Shown piece after piece: positions 13,740-28,499 of a stretch of 64,000 bases of DNA. The translations under genes were made by a program, and so were the position numbers. Under the pieces are notes generated by a model, which saw only the letters and a program-made list of their open reading frames with translations, did no database searches and was not told where the DNA came from. Numbering within the stretch: the stretch's first letter is position 1; each line of letters begins with the position of its first letter. Source of the stretch: Octopus sinensis (Eukaryota); contig NC_043014.1 of the NCBI RefSeq assembly GCF_006345805.1, positions 19,096,001 through 19,160,000 on the forward strand, in the 5' to 3' direction.

Positions 13740-15620
13740 AGGTAATTGTGGAATCATATTTTTTCATCAGTAGATCCCGTTATCTCTTCAACAGGGATAA
13801 CAAAGGGTCTTGTTAAGGCTTAGTGAGTATTATCTAACTCCTTCCTTCTAGTTTAGCCATAGAGTTAGCAACTTACGGCGGTGCAGCTTTGCTTTCCAAA
13901 GAACGGTTTAGTTGATGAAGAGCTGTTCGGCACAACCCCAGAGGCCTTACTTTGCCTCCGTTTGCTCATCAGCAAGTGATTCTCCAGTTATTTGGACTAA
14001 TATATTCAAGCAACCCGTGTATATATTTTATACATGACATTTCGTTTCAGTACTCACTCCATAGCTCATCTAAATACATTGCATTAAGCATATGCTTTTA
14101 GGCTACATTGCTCATCGCTTCTCAAAATGACTCTAAATCACCCAGGAATTTTAAGACCTTTATGATATGGTCTTCACACTCAAATTCACTGCTTGGAGGT
14201 TTAGTGCAAACTTGTGACTGACGGCTTTTGGTTTTAGTAATATTCTTTATAATAATTTGTTTTAGGGCAATTTGTTCACCCATTATAATTTTGTTTTTTC
14301 ATAATTCTCATAAACACTGGACAGTTTGTAATGAAGTTGCAAATTGTGGTAAGCGAATGTATTATTCCACTTCGCAGTTAAGGATAATGTCGAATTGTTC
14401 TATATTTTTTCTGAGTCAGCCGATATTTGACTAGAAAGTGGTCATCCATTTTGTATATGTTTTTCAGTATCATCATTCTATATTATGCTCATCTGTAAGT
14501 GAATGATAACCGCAGCACAGTATTCAAAGACATTCAATGTTCATAAGTTCGAGTTTGTGACCCCTTCTAGTTGTTCCGTAGCTACTGGTTCCATCGCAGA
14601 TAACTTCAAGTCGGTAGGATTCATATAGCAGTTGTTCTCTTATGTAATTGTTTATTAACGAAGATGGAGTCAATTTTGAATTTTGCTGTTAACTGTGCTT
14701 TGAGTTATTTATATTCCTCACTCATAAATCCAATTTGTTGTTATACCGGCATGTACATTTCAGAATAATTCATTTCATTGTTATCGCATTCGGCGTGGCC
14801 CATGTTCTTGTGGTCTTCTCAAGGAGAGAATCCACTTGTTGGTCTGACTCTTATTTACTGTAATATTTCGCTAATCGTTAGGGATAAAAGCAGATTTCAT
14901 TTTGGAATATTTTAGTTCCACTCACTCATCATACTTGTCATACAGTCAGTCAGAAGATCTTTCCTAGAATATATAAAACGTATAGCGGTTTTGGTTCAGT
15001 AAAAATGCCCACTGAAATCTCTCTCGTTGTTCCGTGATTTTTAGTAGCTGATCTCAGTCTCTTGACTTGCAATGGTGTATGGAGTTGCAATCCTACCTGA
15101 ATACTATTTCAGCTGAGGAATGTTTAAGTTCTCTACTAATATATTTCCCGAATTAAACTTTTAAATGAATATGATTTTGCTGAGTTTCAGTTGAAAGCAC
15201 TGCAGATGTGCTTGAAGTGGCACGCCGATCCCATTCAAATTATGTCAATAACTAAATTGTGTACAGGTATTGAATTTCGAAGCCAATTGAAACATATCCT
15301 TTTGCATTCTTGGTGAAGGAAAAATGGGTGAAAATGGCAACTCCTATTTTCTTTCGAGAAGCGCGAATGAGAGCAGAGTCAAATTGTCGAGGTTTCTATT
15401 TCTTAAGATCCAATCCAACTTCTATGTATAGAAGTCTACATTTTGAGCAATGAGCTGATGCTCTGTGTGATTAATGTGAATATGGAAACCAAGGTGGCAT
15501 TCTGAGCATGTCGTGTGTCTTCTATTATCCTCCTTATTGTTGTTTGATAGCATCACAAGGAATAGCTTCCCCACTGTGCTTTTATTGGTTTTGAAGCATT
15601 TGATTTTCTTTTCTTAGTTT
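13740..15620 (-). mobile_element. R4/Dong-like LINE upstream fragment (N-terminal RT region), decayed
   Basis: Minus strand: VMYKIYTGCLN...DEQ...GLWGCAEQLFIN (RT domains 1-2); 5' boundary uncertain. Confidence 0.6.
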
Positions 15621-15816
15621 TAACATTCGTAAAACATAATGTTTTCTTTACTATACATTGGATAATTATAGATTAGCATTATTAATATTATCATAACTCC
15701 AGCATTGTTACAGTGATTTCTAGATTACATAGCATTAGTAGAGTTAGTGTATTTGGTGAAATTATTGCGAAATGTTTTTTATATACATACATATATATAT
15801 ATATATATATATTATA

Positions 15817-16577
<761 letters not shown>

Positions 16578-16952
16578 AGCCAAATTCACAGAGTAGTAGT
16601 ACGACGGAGTAGGAGATAGAGTAGTATAAGTGAAGGGAGAGAAAATAGTAATTCAGTGAAGGTGAAGTAGTGAGGATAATAGCCCGACTGAGAGAGCGTG
16701 AGAAAGTATAAGCAATAAGAAAAAGGAAGTGGCAAAGAGCGCGTCGTATATCTTCTGTTTTTCTCCGTCACAACATGAATGAGAAAGGAAGGGGAGATAG
16801 ATGAATATCGAAGGAAGGGATGAATATAATCAGCGTTTCAACTCTGTTTCAGTATATATGTATATGTATGTGAATGCACAAGGGAAGTATGTGAATGTTT
16901 GTATCTGTGATTAGTATGTACCTTATTTCATAACTTATTTGTATATAAAATA

Positions 16953-17185
16953 CAGTAGAACCTCGGTTTTCAAACAACTCTGGTCACAAATAAATCGTAC
17001 TTTATCTCCTGCCTGTCTCATATTCATTTAATAGAGTAGTACCCCGGTTTACGAACGACTCTAATCCCGCACAGCTCGTGCGTTATATATATCTATATCT
17101 ATCTATGCATGTATATATATATATATATATATATATAACACAATTTATTCGTGATCAGAGTTTTTCGAAAACTGAGGTAGTACTG
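16953..17185. mobile_element. Tc1/mariner (pogo/Tigger-like) MITE
   Basis: TA|cagtagaacctcggttttcaaacaactctg ... cagagtttttcgaaaactgaggtagtactg|TA; TA TSD and CAGT ends; an internal third TIR-like copy near 17035. Confidence 0.8.
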
Positions 17186-18184
17186 TATTATAATTAGTCG
17201 TTATTTTTGACGGCACAGGGTTAGCTAGTATTGAAATAATCACGTTAGTTAGTAGTACAGTATACGTATTTGATGTGTTTCTTAAATATGCGTTGTACCT
17301 TTGAGATCAGTGACTATAGACTCGTTCAAAAATACATTCTTTCGTCTAAGGAATAGTGACAGGTTTTACAGTTCTGTGATATTTATATATGTGATGTGCG
17401 GAATATACTTTTTCGCTTACGATCATTTCTGCTTTGGTTGAAGTTCGTTCATTTTTTTGTTTGCATTGTGTTATTCTTTGTAGGTGACAAAGTTTGCCAT
17501 TGTGGTTATTGAATCATCAGCTTTGGTAAAATAATGGAGATATTTGGACACGAGGTTTTTTCTTTCACTAATTATGAATAGCGCTAAGGTAGTAGTGACT
17601 GACGGAGGTGGACTATTTTGTGATGACAATAGGTGTGGCAAAGGTGGAGAGGTTGAAAATGCCGTAAAACTTTTAGATGGAGGCTTTACGAGAGACAGTA
17701 GGAGACCTATTTTTCATTCCAGCGGCAAATATTACTGTTTTCATTATTTATCTCTAGATCATCCCAGAGTCAGTAGGCATAAGACTAAAGGCATATTATC
17801 TGTGAGTATTATGTCCCTTTGCATTACTAGGACTACTTTAACTTACGCAACATTTCTGTTTATGAGTACTGGGCATGATTTAAGGGAGATTTGTGTGCTA
17901 TTTCCGGAAGGTCCAGCTCTACTTTAGAAGTTTACTCATTGGAAAGGAGTAATGAATGTTATTATTTAGATCCACGGTATCTCTAAACGAGCAGAACAAA
18001 AAATTAAATGTAGAACTTTACAAATGAGACAATCACCATTTTTATGTAGGCGCAGATATCTAAGACTATCTTATAGAATGTATCATTTCTTCATTTAAAC
18101 AATCAGGTGTGTGATTTGATTGAAATTTGACTACTATTTCTTTCACGTCGAGGGATGTTACTAGGTACATAAATTTTAAAGAAC

Positions 18185-18325
18185 ATTGATCTCAAATTTT
18201 GGTACGGGGCCAGCAATTTCTGGGAAGGGTGTAAGTCGATTTTATTGATACCAGTTCTCAGCAGCTACATTATCGACAACTGAAAGGATGAAAAATAAAG
18301 TCCGCTATGACAGAATTTGAATTTG
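18185..18325 (-). mobile_element. SINE family A 3' fragment
   Basis: tcaaattttggtacggggccagcaatttc...gaaaggatgaaaaataaagtc. Confidence 0.6.
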
Positions 18326-18867
18326 CAATTTCTATAATTTCATCTTCAATTTACTACATCAATTTATAAAGAAACGGGGACGATTTCCCTCAGCAAGATT
18401 TGAATATATTAGAAGCAATTGATATTTTAGAGTCTTAAAGAAGATCGAACCAAGTTTTAGAGTTCTAATCTAATTTCACTCTGTGATTATTCATTTGATA
18501 CAAGCTCGAAATGGTTTGTTCATCATATATGAAACACAGAGTATTATTCTTGAAATGCTTTATGTTTTTCTTTTCCATGTTATATTTTTCTGTTTTTGTT
18601 TTTAATAATTCTCTTTTCTTTTTTTTACATTGGTTTACAAAATACTATTATGTTCAATTTCAAGAGAGAATAATTTTAGGATAGTTACTTTTAATTCTAA
18701 AGGAGTTATAATTTTATAGCCAGATGAAGAAAACTATTATTGACATTCCTAGCATGCTGAGAATCCAATAAAAAGAATGTTTCTATAGGACAGTACACAG
18801 ACTCACAGACACAGAGAGACAAACACGCACGCATGCTCACACTCACGTTCACACACACATATATATA

Positions 18868-18899
<32 letters not shown>

Positions 18900-19001
18900 G
18901 TACCGGAGTAAACACATAAATGTGAAACAAGGTGGAAAAAAGAGTACTCAAATACCAGTGGTAGAGTAATATGCTTTATTTTAAGCAGCAGAAAATTCAA
19001 C

Positions 19002-19049
19002 AAAATCTGTTACTCTGAGTTTCTCGTTGCCGTTCATCAGACAGTTTTT
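19002..19049 (-). ncRNA. Minimal type I hammerhead ribozyme
   Basis: aaaaactgt CTGATGA acggcaacga GAAA ctcaga GTA acagatttt; stem I ctgt/acag. Confidence 0.75.
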
Positions 19050-19629
19050 GCTAGAATGGAACTTATATATTAATTCAATCTATACTCTTACAAACGCTAC
19101 ACCTTTCAAAAGAAATGGACTTGTTTGATTGGCCCTTTAGAAAAAACGGTCAATCTTCGAGCGATAAACAAAAAGGTCAAAAATATATGTATATATATAT
19201 ATAAAAACTTATAAAAATTATAAAAATTATAAAATCCGAGGAAAAAACCGAGGAAAAAAACCTATTGCCGTTAATGAAGACAGTACAAATTAATGCACAG
19301 AAATTAAACCTGTTATAAATACTGCAATACATATTTATATTAAAATCCACATATATATATCAACATACACAAAAGGATGCGCGTAAACGCCATACATAGA
19401 TATACAGACGTATGAATATGAATCTAAATTATACACATAAAAGCATGTGTACATATATTCACGCAAACCGTCTCGCACGCAAGCTAAAATTCATCTATGT
19501 AGCAATTCTCATATACTGAGCAAGGAGGGGGAACGAAAGAAAGGGAAAGAGAGAAAAGGAACGAAGGAGGGGTGGGGAAAAAACTTGTAGCGATGTTATT
19601 GGCATCTATAGAGGCCAGTATAAAACAGG

Positions 19630-19939
19630 ATTTTATTCTCATAAGAATTTTTTAAAATACCCAGAGAATAGGAAGAAAACCAGCCTAGCAAAATATGTCT
19701 GGGAACTAAAAGAAAAGGAAGCCCCACCTTTCAACGTGACATGGAGCTTTCTGGACAGGGCGGCACAATACAGGCATGGAGCTTACAAATATAATTTCAA
19801 GTGCAGGCTTTGCTTATTAGAGAAAATGCACATCTTATTCAAAGACAATAATTCTTTGAATCAAAGAAGTGAGTTAATGAACTTATGTAGGCACGCGGCT
19901 AAATTTAAAATGTCGAATATAAATATACCATATGGATAG
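19630..19939 (+). pseudogene. PLE GIY-YIG endonuclease C-terminal fragment
   Basis: KTSLAKYVWELKEK...VTWSFLDRA..Y....KCRLCLLEKMHIL....LNQRSELMNLCRHAAKF, the typical PLE endonuclease tail (C..C..EK...LN.RSEL...CRH). Confidence 0.85.
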
Positions 19940-20954
19940 AGCATATATTTTGTATTTTGATTTTTGATTTTGATTTTGACTCTTGAGCGCTACGACGGAT
20001 CTATAGCAAAGTCTTATTGTTTCTACATATATATTAGGAAAAACCTACAAACTTTGTTTTCATGTTATTGTATTGCATAGGATTACCTTGATTATTTATA
20101 TTACCTTGATTATTTATAAATGACCCAAAATAGGATGTTATATTTTATTTTATATGTCTTTCGTATATATTTTTATTAATGCACCCATTTTTTAAAAGCA
20201 ATGTTTTTTTTTAAAAAAAGCAATATTGTCAAATTTAGAATGTTTATATAAGTATGTGTATAGCAAAGCATATGTATTTGTAAGCATGCGTATCTGTGTA
20301 TGTGTAAGTGAATGTATGCTTGTGCTTAAGCACGCATACACACGACGATATGTATATGTATCAATTCAAACTTGTGTATGTATACTGGCCTCTATAGATG
20401 CCAATAACATCGCTACAAGTTTTTTCCCCACCCCTCCTTCGTTCCTTTTCCTCTCTTTCCATTTCTTTCGCTCCCCCTCCTTGCTCAGTATATGAGAATT
20501 GCTACATAGATGAATTTTAGCTTGCGTGCGAGACGGTTTGCGTGAATATATGTACACATGCTTTTATGTGTATAATTTAGATTCATATTCATACGTCTGT
20601 ATATGTATGTATGGCGTTTACGCGCATCCTTTTGTGTATGTTGATATATATATGTGGATTTTATATAAATATGTATTGCAGTATTTATAACAGGTTTAAT
20701 TTCTGTGCATTAATTTGTACTGTCTTCATTAACGGCAATAGGTTTTTTCCTCGGTTTTTTCCTCGGATTTTATAATTTTTATAATTTTTATAAGTTTTTT
20801 TTATATATATATACATATATTTTTGACCTTTTTGTTTATCGCTCGAAGATTGACCGTTTTTTCTAAAGGGCCAATCAAACAAGTCCATTTCTTTTTAAGG
20901 TGTAGCGTTTGTAAGAGTATAGATTGAATTAATTATATAAGTTCCATTCTAGCA

Positions 20955-21000
20955 AAAACTGTCTGATGAACGGCAACGAGAAACTCAGAGTACAGATTTT
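20955..21000 (+). ncRNA. Minimal type I hammerhead ribozyme (inverted copy)
   Basis: actgt CTGATGA acggcaacga GAAA ctcaga GTA cagatttt; one base shorter than the left copy. Confidence 0.7.
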
Positions 21001-21051
21001 GTTGAATTTTCTGCTGCTTAAATAAAGTATATATATATGTATATATATATA

Positions 21052-21098
<47 letters not shown>

Positions 21099-21215
21099 AA
21101 GAGCAATAAAGATTCAAGTTAATTTTAAAAAATTTACTTGAATATGGTACCTAACTTAGATGCACCAAAAAAAACTATACTGATTTAACGATACAGTAAT
21201 GTGGGGTGATTATAA

Positions 21216-21678
21216 GCGAGAAAGAAGCAACAAGAATGGATAGGTTTTTAGTACGATCGTTTCATACAAGGACAGGTTTTATTAAAAGTTGCAAAGATTA
21301 CAGCATATAAACGAGTCCCGTACTCATCAGCTAAAATACATGTAAGTTCTCTAGACATCCTAGTGTTTGAGGCTATACTCATGAAGTAATGTAGATAATT
21401 AAACAGATTTCTAAAGTTCATTAAAGTTCTTTAAAGATGATGTACAGTCTTATCACAGAATTTTAAAAAAGTTTTGATAGCATCACAGAGAAGGTGACCT
21501 AATCCATATGAATTTCCATAGATATGATGAGGGATATATATACTCACAGAAGACAAATTTATCCATTGATAAGTACGGGACTCGTTTATATGCTGTAATC
21601 TTGCAACTTTTAATAAAACCTGTCCTTGTATGAAACGATCGTACTAAAACCTATCCATTCTGTTGCTTCTTTCTCGCG
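21216..21678. mobile_element. Fold-back non-autonomous PLE-related element (about 115-bp inverted arms)
   Basis: 21216-21330 inverted at 21566-21677; (TA)n on the right. Confidence 0.85.
21246..21336 (-). ncRNA. Hammerhead ribozyme with extended stem/loop II
   Basis: ttttag CTGATGA gtacgggac..(long loop)..gtccttgtat GAAAC gatc GTA ctaaaa; stem I ttttag/ctaaaa; palindromic stem III ACGATCGT. Confidence 0.8.
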
Positions 21679-21780
<102 letters not shown>

Positions 21781-22399
21781 GAGAGAGAGAGAAAGACATG
21801 CATATATATATATGTGCACATATATATATAATATGTTATAATATATGTGTGTGTGCTTTCGTGCCTACGTGCATGTGTGTTTAATACATATGCATTTGTG
21901 TATATGTATGTATTTAAAGAGAGAAAGATATATATATATAGAGAGAGAGAAAGAAAGAGAGACAGACAGACAGTGATTATTCTTTGTAGTAGTATTTATG
22001 CTAAATTTCAAGAACCCGAGGTTACACGTTGACAAAAATCAATAGTTTCTAAGTACAATTATAATCACAAAAGACACTGTCATTAGAGCTGACGAGAGTG
22101 TAGAGTGAGATCACAGATAATATGAGATGTTCACCACGTGCATGCGTAAGGGGAAATAATTATTCGAAGTTGATTGCTTTGATTATCTCCCTTATTACAG
22201 TGTAGCATCAAAAATTATTTGAATTTGTTTTCGAGTCCCAACGCAACAATAAAAATCATGCAAATAACTTTAAAATAAGCGACAAAGGATAAGATGAGAG
22301 AAAATACTTATTACAGGACGGAATGAAAAAGCTGTATATGTAATCATAGCTGGCCATTCTAGACAGAGCAGATTGATATTATTAATATTTCTCTTGCCC

Positions 22400-24400
22400 T
22401 TTTATAAAATATTAGAATCAATGCGTAAAAGCGAATATGAAAGATGGTATACGGAATGAGATGCAAAAATAATAGTATTTTGGGCCAAATACTTCATCCA
22501 CGTGTGAGGAAAGATGATGGCATGCACACACTGTTGCATGGATACATTGCCTGTTACTGATATCATTTGCCGTTGACGTAGCTTTTCTGTGATGTAAATT
22601 TTCCATTTGCTACATCGACCACTATAATTATTTGTACTCGGAATGATATTGCATTTTATAAGCGGGTTTTTCCATGCTCCATATGAATAAAAACAGTAAA
22701 GTACTATAGTTCTGTATCTAAACGAGATAGTATGTTGTACAAATCTGTTCTTCACGGTATTCCTTGCTAATCCAATGCACATACATAATGTTCTGTCATA
22801 AACGACTGTTGACTGCAATAGTTCATTCAAGCATCATTGTGGAAAGATCTCACCCATGCTTTGTGGTTTAATATTTGCATAACTATGTTGAATAGGCAAC
22901 AGTAGCTAACATTTTAATGCATATATGTTAAAGATTTTATAGTATCTATGTGCTGATGGAAAGCGATTATCGATTACTAAGTTAAATCTTGCTAATGCAA
23001 CATCATAACGGACGGTATTTCTGTTAAGAGTGTTTTTATTGTGAGGAAAAGTTACTAAATACATTGTTTAATATTATTAGTGAGTTGTTTAATGGATTTG
23101 TTAAATGGTGAGATATATTTACAGAGATAATTTATTCATTAAGGGTGTGAAAAGGACAATATTTACCTGTAGGAAGCGTCGGTTTTATGTCTATGCAGCT
23201 AACTATTTCGAGTTTGTTTTGAACAGTAATTTTCAGGTTAAGATATGCAAATATGTTTATAGGTTCTTCCCAATATTATCTGTATCCTATACGTTTCTGT
23301 TGTGCACTTCTCCAGATACTTGCATCAGCATAATCCTATGTTACATCGTTAAATTCCTGATTAAGAACGAATAAGCCTAATAGAGCTGCAACTTTCGACA
23401 CATCGTTGCTTTTCATTGAAACATCAAAGATTTCGTTAGCATTTTTATTCATCAATTTTTTTTTCAATGGACAATCATCAATAATAATAAGGTTGTTTTT
23501 TCTTTGGTATTCATAGTTATGCTAATGTCGGAGCTGTCGATTGTGGCTTACTGCATGTTGAATGCAAGGGCATAAATCACGATATCTTTCAAATGTGAAG
23601 GTTTCATATTCTATAGGATCAAACTCTATGCAAGTACAAGTGGGTTTTTATTTATATGCTTAACACTTTCAATGGTGGTGCAGTTGTAAATCTATTGAAG
23701 CAATTTAGAAACGGCTCTTATTTGTAGAATAACCTCATCTTTTGATTCTTCTATACCTGATATCTATAGCAAAATTTGTGGATTTTATTAATCTAGGGTG
23801 AACTGACCTTGTAATTTTTCAGTATCACAATTCTGTTGCAAGAGTTGAAGCTTTATACAGGTTTGTTTATTGTTCAGATTGAAAGTCAAGTCATTTGTCT
23901 TGTCATTAATAATACTGGATATTCTAGGACTATTCTTTCCTTTTACATCGTGATGTAACCTCCAAATAGTTTATTGTATGAACTTCACCCTCCATCGTAT
24001 GAGGGTTATTCTTATGTCAGTTTTTATATTGCTGTTGGGAGTGTTTGGGAAGGTATGTAGTAATATTGGAGCTATTTTTGAATTAAAGATTTTGTGTAAT
24101 ATCATATGATCTTGAAATCTGTCTAGTTCTTATATGTGTGAGAGGTTTTTACAAGATTTAAAATCAAATTGTTCTCTGTTTAGGAAATGGGCATAGTCTT
24201 AGCAAAGACAAAAGTCTTCTATTTATACTACTTAGTACCTCTATTATTCTTTATTCGATGGACCCTCCTAATGTAAAGTTTCCAATTTGGAGTAGGGTTG
24301 TTGTTTTTCAGGGGCGTTGTGTTTTCAGTTTTCTTGAAGTTTTATTAATTTTCGTTCTTGGTTCGTCTTTCTTGCTTGACCAATCTGCAAAATATTGTGG
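22400..24400 (-). mobile_element. Decayed Penelope-like element (RT plus GIY-YIG)
   Basis: Minus-strand remnants resemble FDIVDFYPSI and the GLYRDD region; GIY-YIG-like CIGLARNTVKNRFVQHTISFR and C...ITEK; many stops. Confidence 0.65.
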
Positions 24401-27377
24401 ACCAATTACATTTGCAGGGAAATTAATGACTACTCAGCACCAGAAACAGGTCTAAACAACTATTGTTAATACAATTTATGTTATGTTTATAGCCTGTATT
24501 ATATAATGTCATCTTTAATTTTGGTTACTGAATGGATAACATTTGGTTTCTAAATGTACCGTTAAATCTAACAAGTAACAACATGTAAGATCCTATCATT
24601 TAGCATGTAGTTGTAAATCCTTAAATGATCCAACGATATTTCTCTGAAACAATCCAAATGTGTTTCCAATATATTACACGTAATTGTATAACGATGAACC
24701 AATCATTCCTATACGAAACACATTGAAAATTTTGAAGGTATTGAATATAAATATATACATTAAGCATAAAATGTCAAGACATAAACACACAGCTTTCGAC
24801 AAAATTTAGACCATCTGCTGCAAACTTGGTAATGGAACCAGTGAATTGTCATAAAACTATTGCTTTTTGAAATAAAGATTTATGTATCAAAGAGAAAAAT
24901 ACAAAGATATGTAAGAGAAATCATAAACATTGCTTTTGTTAATGCCATTAACCCAATTATTAATAGATACGATGTTATTATATCATGGTTAAACGTCTGT
25001 TTGTTTAAGTTTAATTATTATCGTGTTTATGATGTTTTAACTAATTCTTTCTGTTGGATTTATTGTTGAAATAATAATAAAATTATTTTCTTCTTAAATA
25101 TAATATGAATTTTACGTAATCATTTATTTATCTATTTCTAGTTTGGAAGCTATTTGTTTCACTTTTAAAATAATAGAATTTACTCTTTGCCACAAAGCAG
25201 TAATTAGAGAATTTGTTTTTTAATGTAGTGTTTTCAAAGGAAAGCAATTATATTCTTGTATACATAATTATCTTAATATTAGAATCACTGATTGGAATAT
25301 AATTGTTAGCGAATGAAAACTAGTGATTTATGGAGCAAACATTTATTTATCTAAGTTTAAAATCCGATGATATCAAACGGAGTGAATTTTATAGACATTC
25401 CTACACGAATGCTAATAAGCCAATTAATATTGATATGCTATTTTATAAAGTTACATGGACTGCCCAATCTACATTATTGTCTTCAACTAGGTTTGCGATA
25501 CAAAGAAGTGTCTCTTTATTCTAGAGTTCTATTCTAAAATTTTCTAGAAATAGTTTTAAATTTCACCTTTTTAATTAACTTGAAAACCTTCAATATGAAA
25601 TATTCCTTTACCCGATTTCAGGTGGTGTTTATTTTCCTAGGTTTTAAAATCAAATCTGTAAAGCTCAAGTAACTAGGGCTCATGTTTTAACAAACATGAC
25701 CCCTACTTATTGCATTCTTTATCCAATTTGCATTTGAATTTTAAATGTTTGGTTTTATGTACTGTTTCATCGAAGGAATATTAATACTTTTATTGAGAAT
25801 TATAACGCAATTTAACTTGTTATACAACTGTTTTTGTGTTTACAAAGGAAATTAATAATTCAACGCCAAGAAAGGAATGAAGTACTTATGTAAGTATTAT
25901 AGAGAGAAAGAATTCATTACAATAAAATAGAGTACTGTATTAAAATTCATTCACAAATTGCAACGCATTGTTTCGTATCACATATTCTCAAGAAATAATT
26001 GAAATGAAACACATTTTTGTTACATATTTATATATCAAATAAATAACCATTGAAATAATGATTTGTTTCAAAAGAAAAGCAAGCGTTTTTCCATTGATTT
26101 CAAGTGTTCAACATTGTATTATATGAAGATTCGTCGCTAAATCATTGAATATTTAAAAATAGTTTACCAACGAATTAGATTCAGATCCTCAAAAATTGTT
26201 AGTACATTGTGAGAATATTTCAACAACATTGATCCATTGAGACCAAAATATCTCTGAACACGTATTCAGAATAGAAGCATTCAGTTGTTTGGAAAAAAAG
26301 CACAATTACAACCTAAAATGCTGCACGTTTGATATATTGTAAATGATTTTGAACTTTAAGATATTTTATATATTAAATATAAAATATGTTACTTAACTTT
26401 ATATCAGAATGTCAATATTTATAAAAGCATAAATATACTGTTTATATCTAAATGTTAAAGCATTTTCAGTTAAACTGATACGAAGATTTGAACAATTAGC
26501 TGTGAATTACAATTTCACAAGTAAAAAAGATAAGATGAGGTTAACAATTTGAGATTTTTACTATAGACTTTTGTACATTTCAGCTATTGTTCGAGAATCG
26601 GTGATTTGAAAATTAGACTTGTGAATTCTACTATTTAGGCCCCAATAAGCGTATAGCATATTACTCATTCCATTCAGTTCTCGTTACCTGATCACTAATA
26701 TAGATATGCATATTTCTTCAGTATTTGTCCTGAAGCAATGGGGCCTTTTAAATTACCGAGTAAACTTACTAAATACTGATCCAGATGTTCGCATATTTTT
26801 TTACAAAGACTGTAGGAATTTCTTGAGAGAAATAATATATGAAAAGCAAGTCTCAAATCCTGCGAAGAAATAAGATGCCAAGTATATTCTTCGTAAATGA
26901 AGTCACTGATCTTTCTAGATTCTAGGAGTTTCTTCTTAAGATTTAACAATGCCTACTTTAAAAACAAGTCCTTGGGACCGTATCGCTGTCTAGTAACTTC
27001 AATATCGGATATTTTTATCTTAATTAGCAAGGTGAAATTCAAATTTGCAACTAAAATAATCAATTTTAAATTAAAATTCTAAGCGACATTTTGTCTCGCA
27101 GACAAATAAATAAATAAATAAATTATAAAAAACAATAAATATAAAAAATTGTATCAATTAATATTAACATTTATAACAGGTTTTCCTTTATTAGTCTTAC
27201 TAATACATTAAAAAAATAATAATCAAATTACATAAAATTCCATTAATTTAGAAACTAATAAAATAAGCACCGTATTAATTAACAGGCTAATATATGATAG
27301 TTTTGAATGTGAAATAATTACGTAGACATTATGTAAAATAATGTCCACAAGCATCATGTTACTATTATTCCTATATT

Positions 27378-27545
27378 CTGCGAGCTGGCAGAATCGTAAG
27401 CACGCTGGACGAAATGCTTAGCGTTATTACGTCCGTCGCCACGTTCTGAGTTTAAATTCCACCGAGGACACTTTGGCTTTCATCCATTCGAGGTCGATAA
27501 ATTAAGCACTAGTGAAACACTGGAATCAATATAATCGAGTAATCC
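27378..27545 (+). mobile_element. SINE family A
   Basis: gcgagctggcagaatcgtaagcacgctggacgaaatgcttagc... Confidence 0.8.
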
Positions 27546-27638
27546 CTTTCCCTACAGATTTCATGCTTTCTATCTTCAGTAGTAAAGATCCTCCTGCCCG
27601 AACTTTGTTGGCCTTGAAACCAAGTGTTCGTGGTGGAG

Positions 27639-27763
<125 letters not shown>

Positions 27764-27769
27764 ATATAC

Positions 27770-27945
27770 AAGGGCTTTCCTCAGTTTCCGACTACCAAAT
27801 CCACCCACAAGGCTTTCTTCGGCCCAAGACTATAGTAGAAGACACTCGCCGAAGTTGCCATGCAGTGGGACTGAACCTGAAACCATGAGGCTAGGAAGCA
27901 AGCTTCTTACCTTACAGCCCACCTGGCTCCGGGTTCAGTCCCATA
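27770..27945 (-). mobile_element. SINE family B 5' half
   Basis: cagtttccgactaccaaatccacccacaaggc...ctatagtagaagacac...gggactgaacc. Confidence 0.7.
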
Positions 27946-28399
27946 TGTGTATGACTACTTTACTAAATGTGTCTCTTCTTTGCAAAAACATGTTTTATTG
28001 GAGTGAAATATAGCCATTGTTTCTGGCAGATCAAGTTACCAACTCGAATCAGTGACGCTGATATGTGTCCCTGCTATTCAATATTGTTTATTTAGTAACT
28101 TCCCTGAAAGGAAGCAGTAGAAATTATTGGAGAACTAAAAATCTTATATTACCATTGACAAAATACCTTTAAGTGGACTTATATTTTCTGACAAGCTAGA
28201 TTTTTTCTATATCAGAAAGGATATTGTTCAATACTTATGGGTAATCGAAACCTAAAAATATTTGCCGTTGTTAATAGTTTGCTTTCGCATGGAAAGCCAC
28301 TTCATTTTCAAAAGCCGACAAGAAAGCTACATATTGCATGAAAACAGGCTCTACAAAATATACTTTAACACACACTGCTGTGCCACCTTATTAAGCAAT

Positions 28400-28481
28400 G
28401 GTAGTGTGCCCGAGCGGTCTAAGACACTGGTTTAAGACATCAGTCTACTCGGAGGCGTGGGTTCGAATCCCACCGCTGTCA
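28400..28481 (+). tRNA. trnL: tRNA-Leu(AAG), divergent, probable pseudogene
   Basis: 82-nt ggtagtgtgcccgagcggtctaagacactggt-ttAAGac-atcagtctactcggaggcgtgggttcgaatcccaccgctgtca; long variable arm, intact T-arm, T5 run downstream; D-stem mismatched and three G-U pairs in the acceptor stem. Confidence 0.8.
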
Positions 28482-28499
28482 GGGTAGTTTTTCGAAGGG

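Larger units (their letters stand above)
18902..21027 (+). mobile_element. Penelope-like element, 5'-truncated, with about 650-bp inverted terminal repeats (pLTRs)
   Basis: 18975-19622 is the near-exact reverse complement of 20381-21027; encloses a GIY-YIG C-terminus; each arm has an HHR; (TA)n on both flanks. Confidence 0.9.

Noticed and set aside
17544-17927. 127-aa ORF in non-repetitive sequence
   Set aside because: Non-ATG start, no recognisable domain and no splice context.
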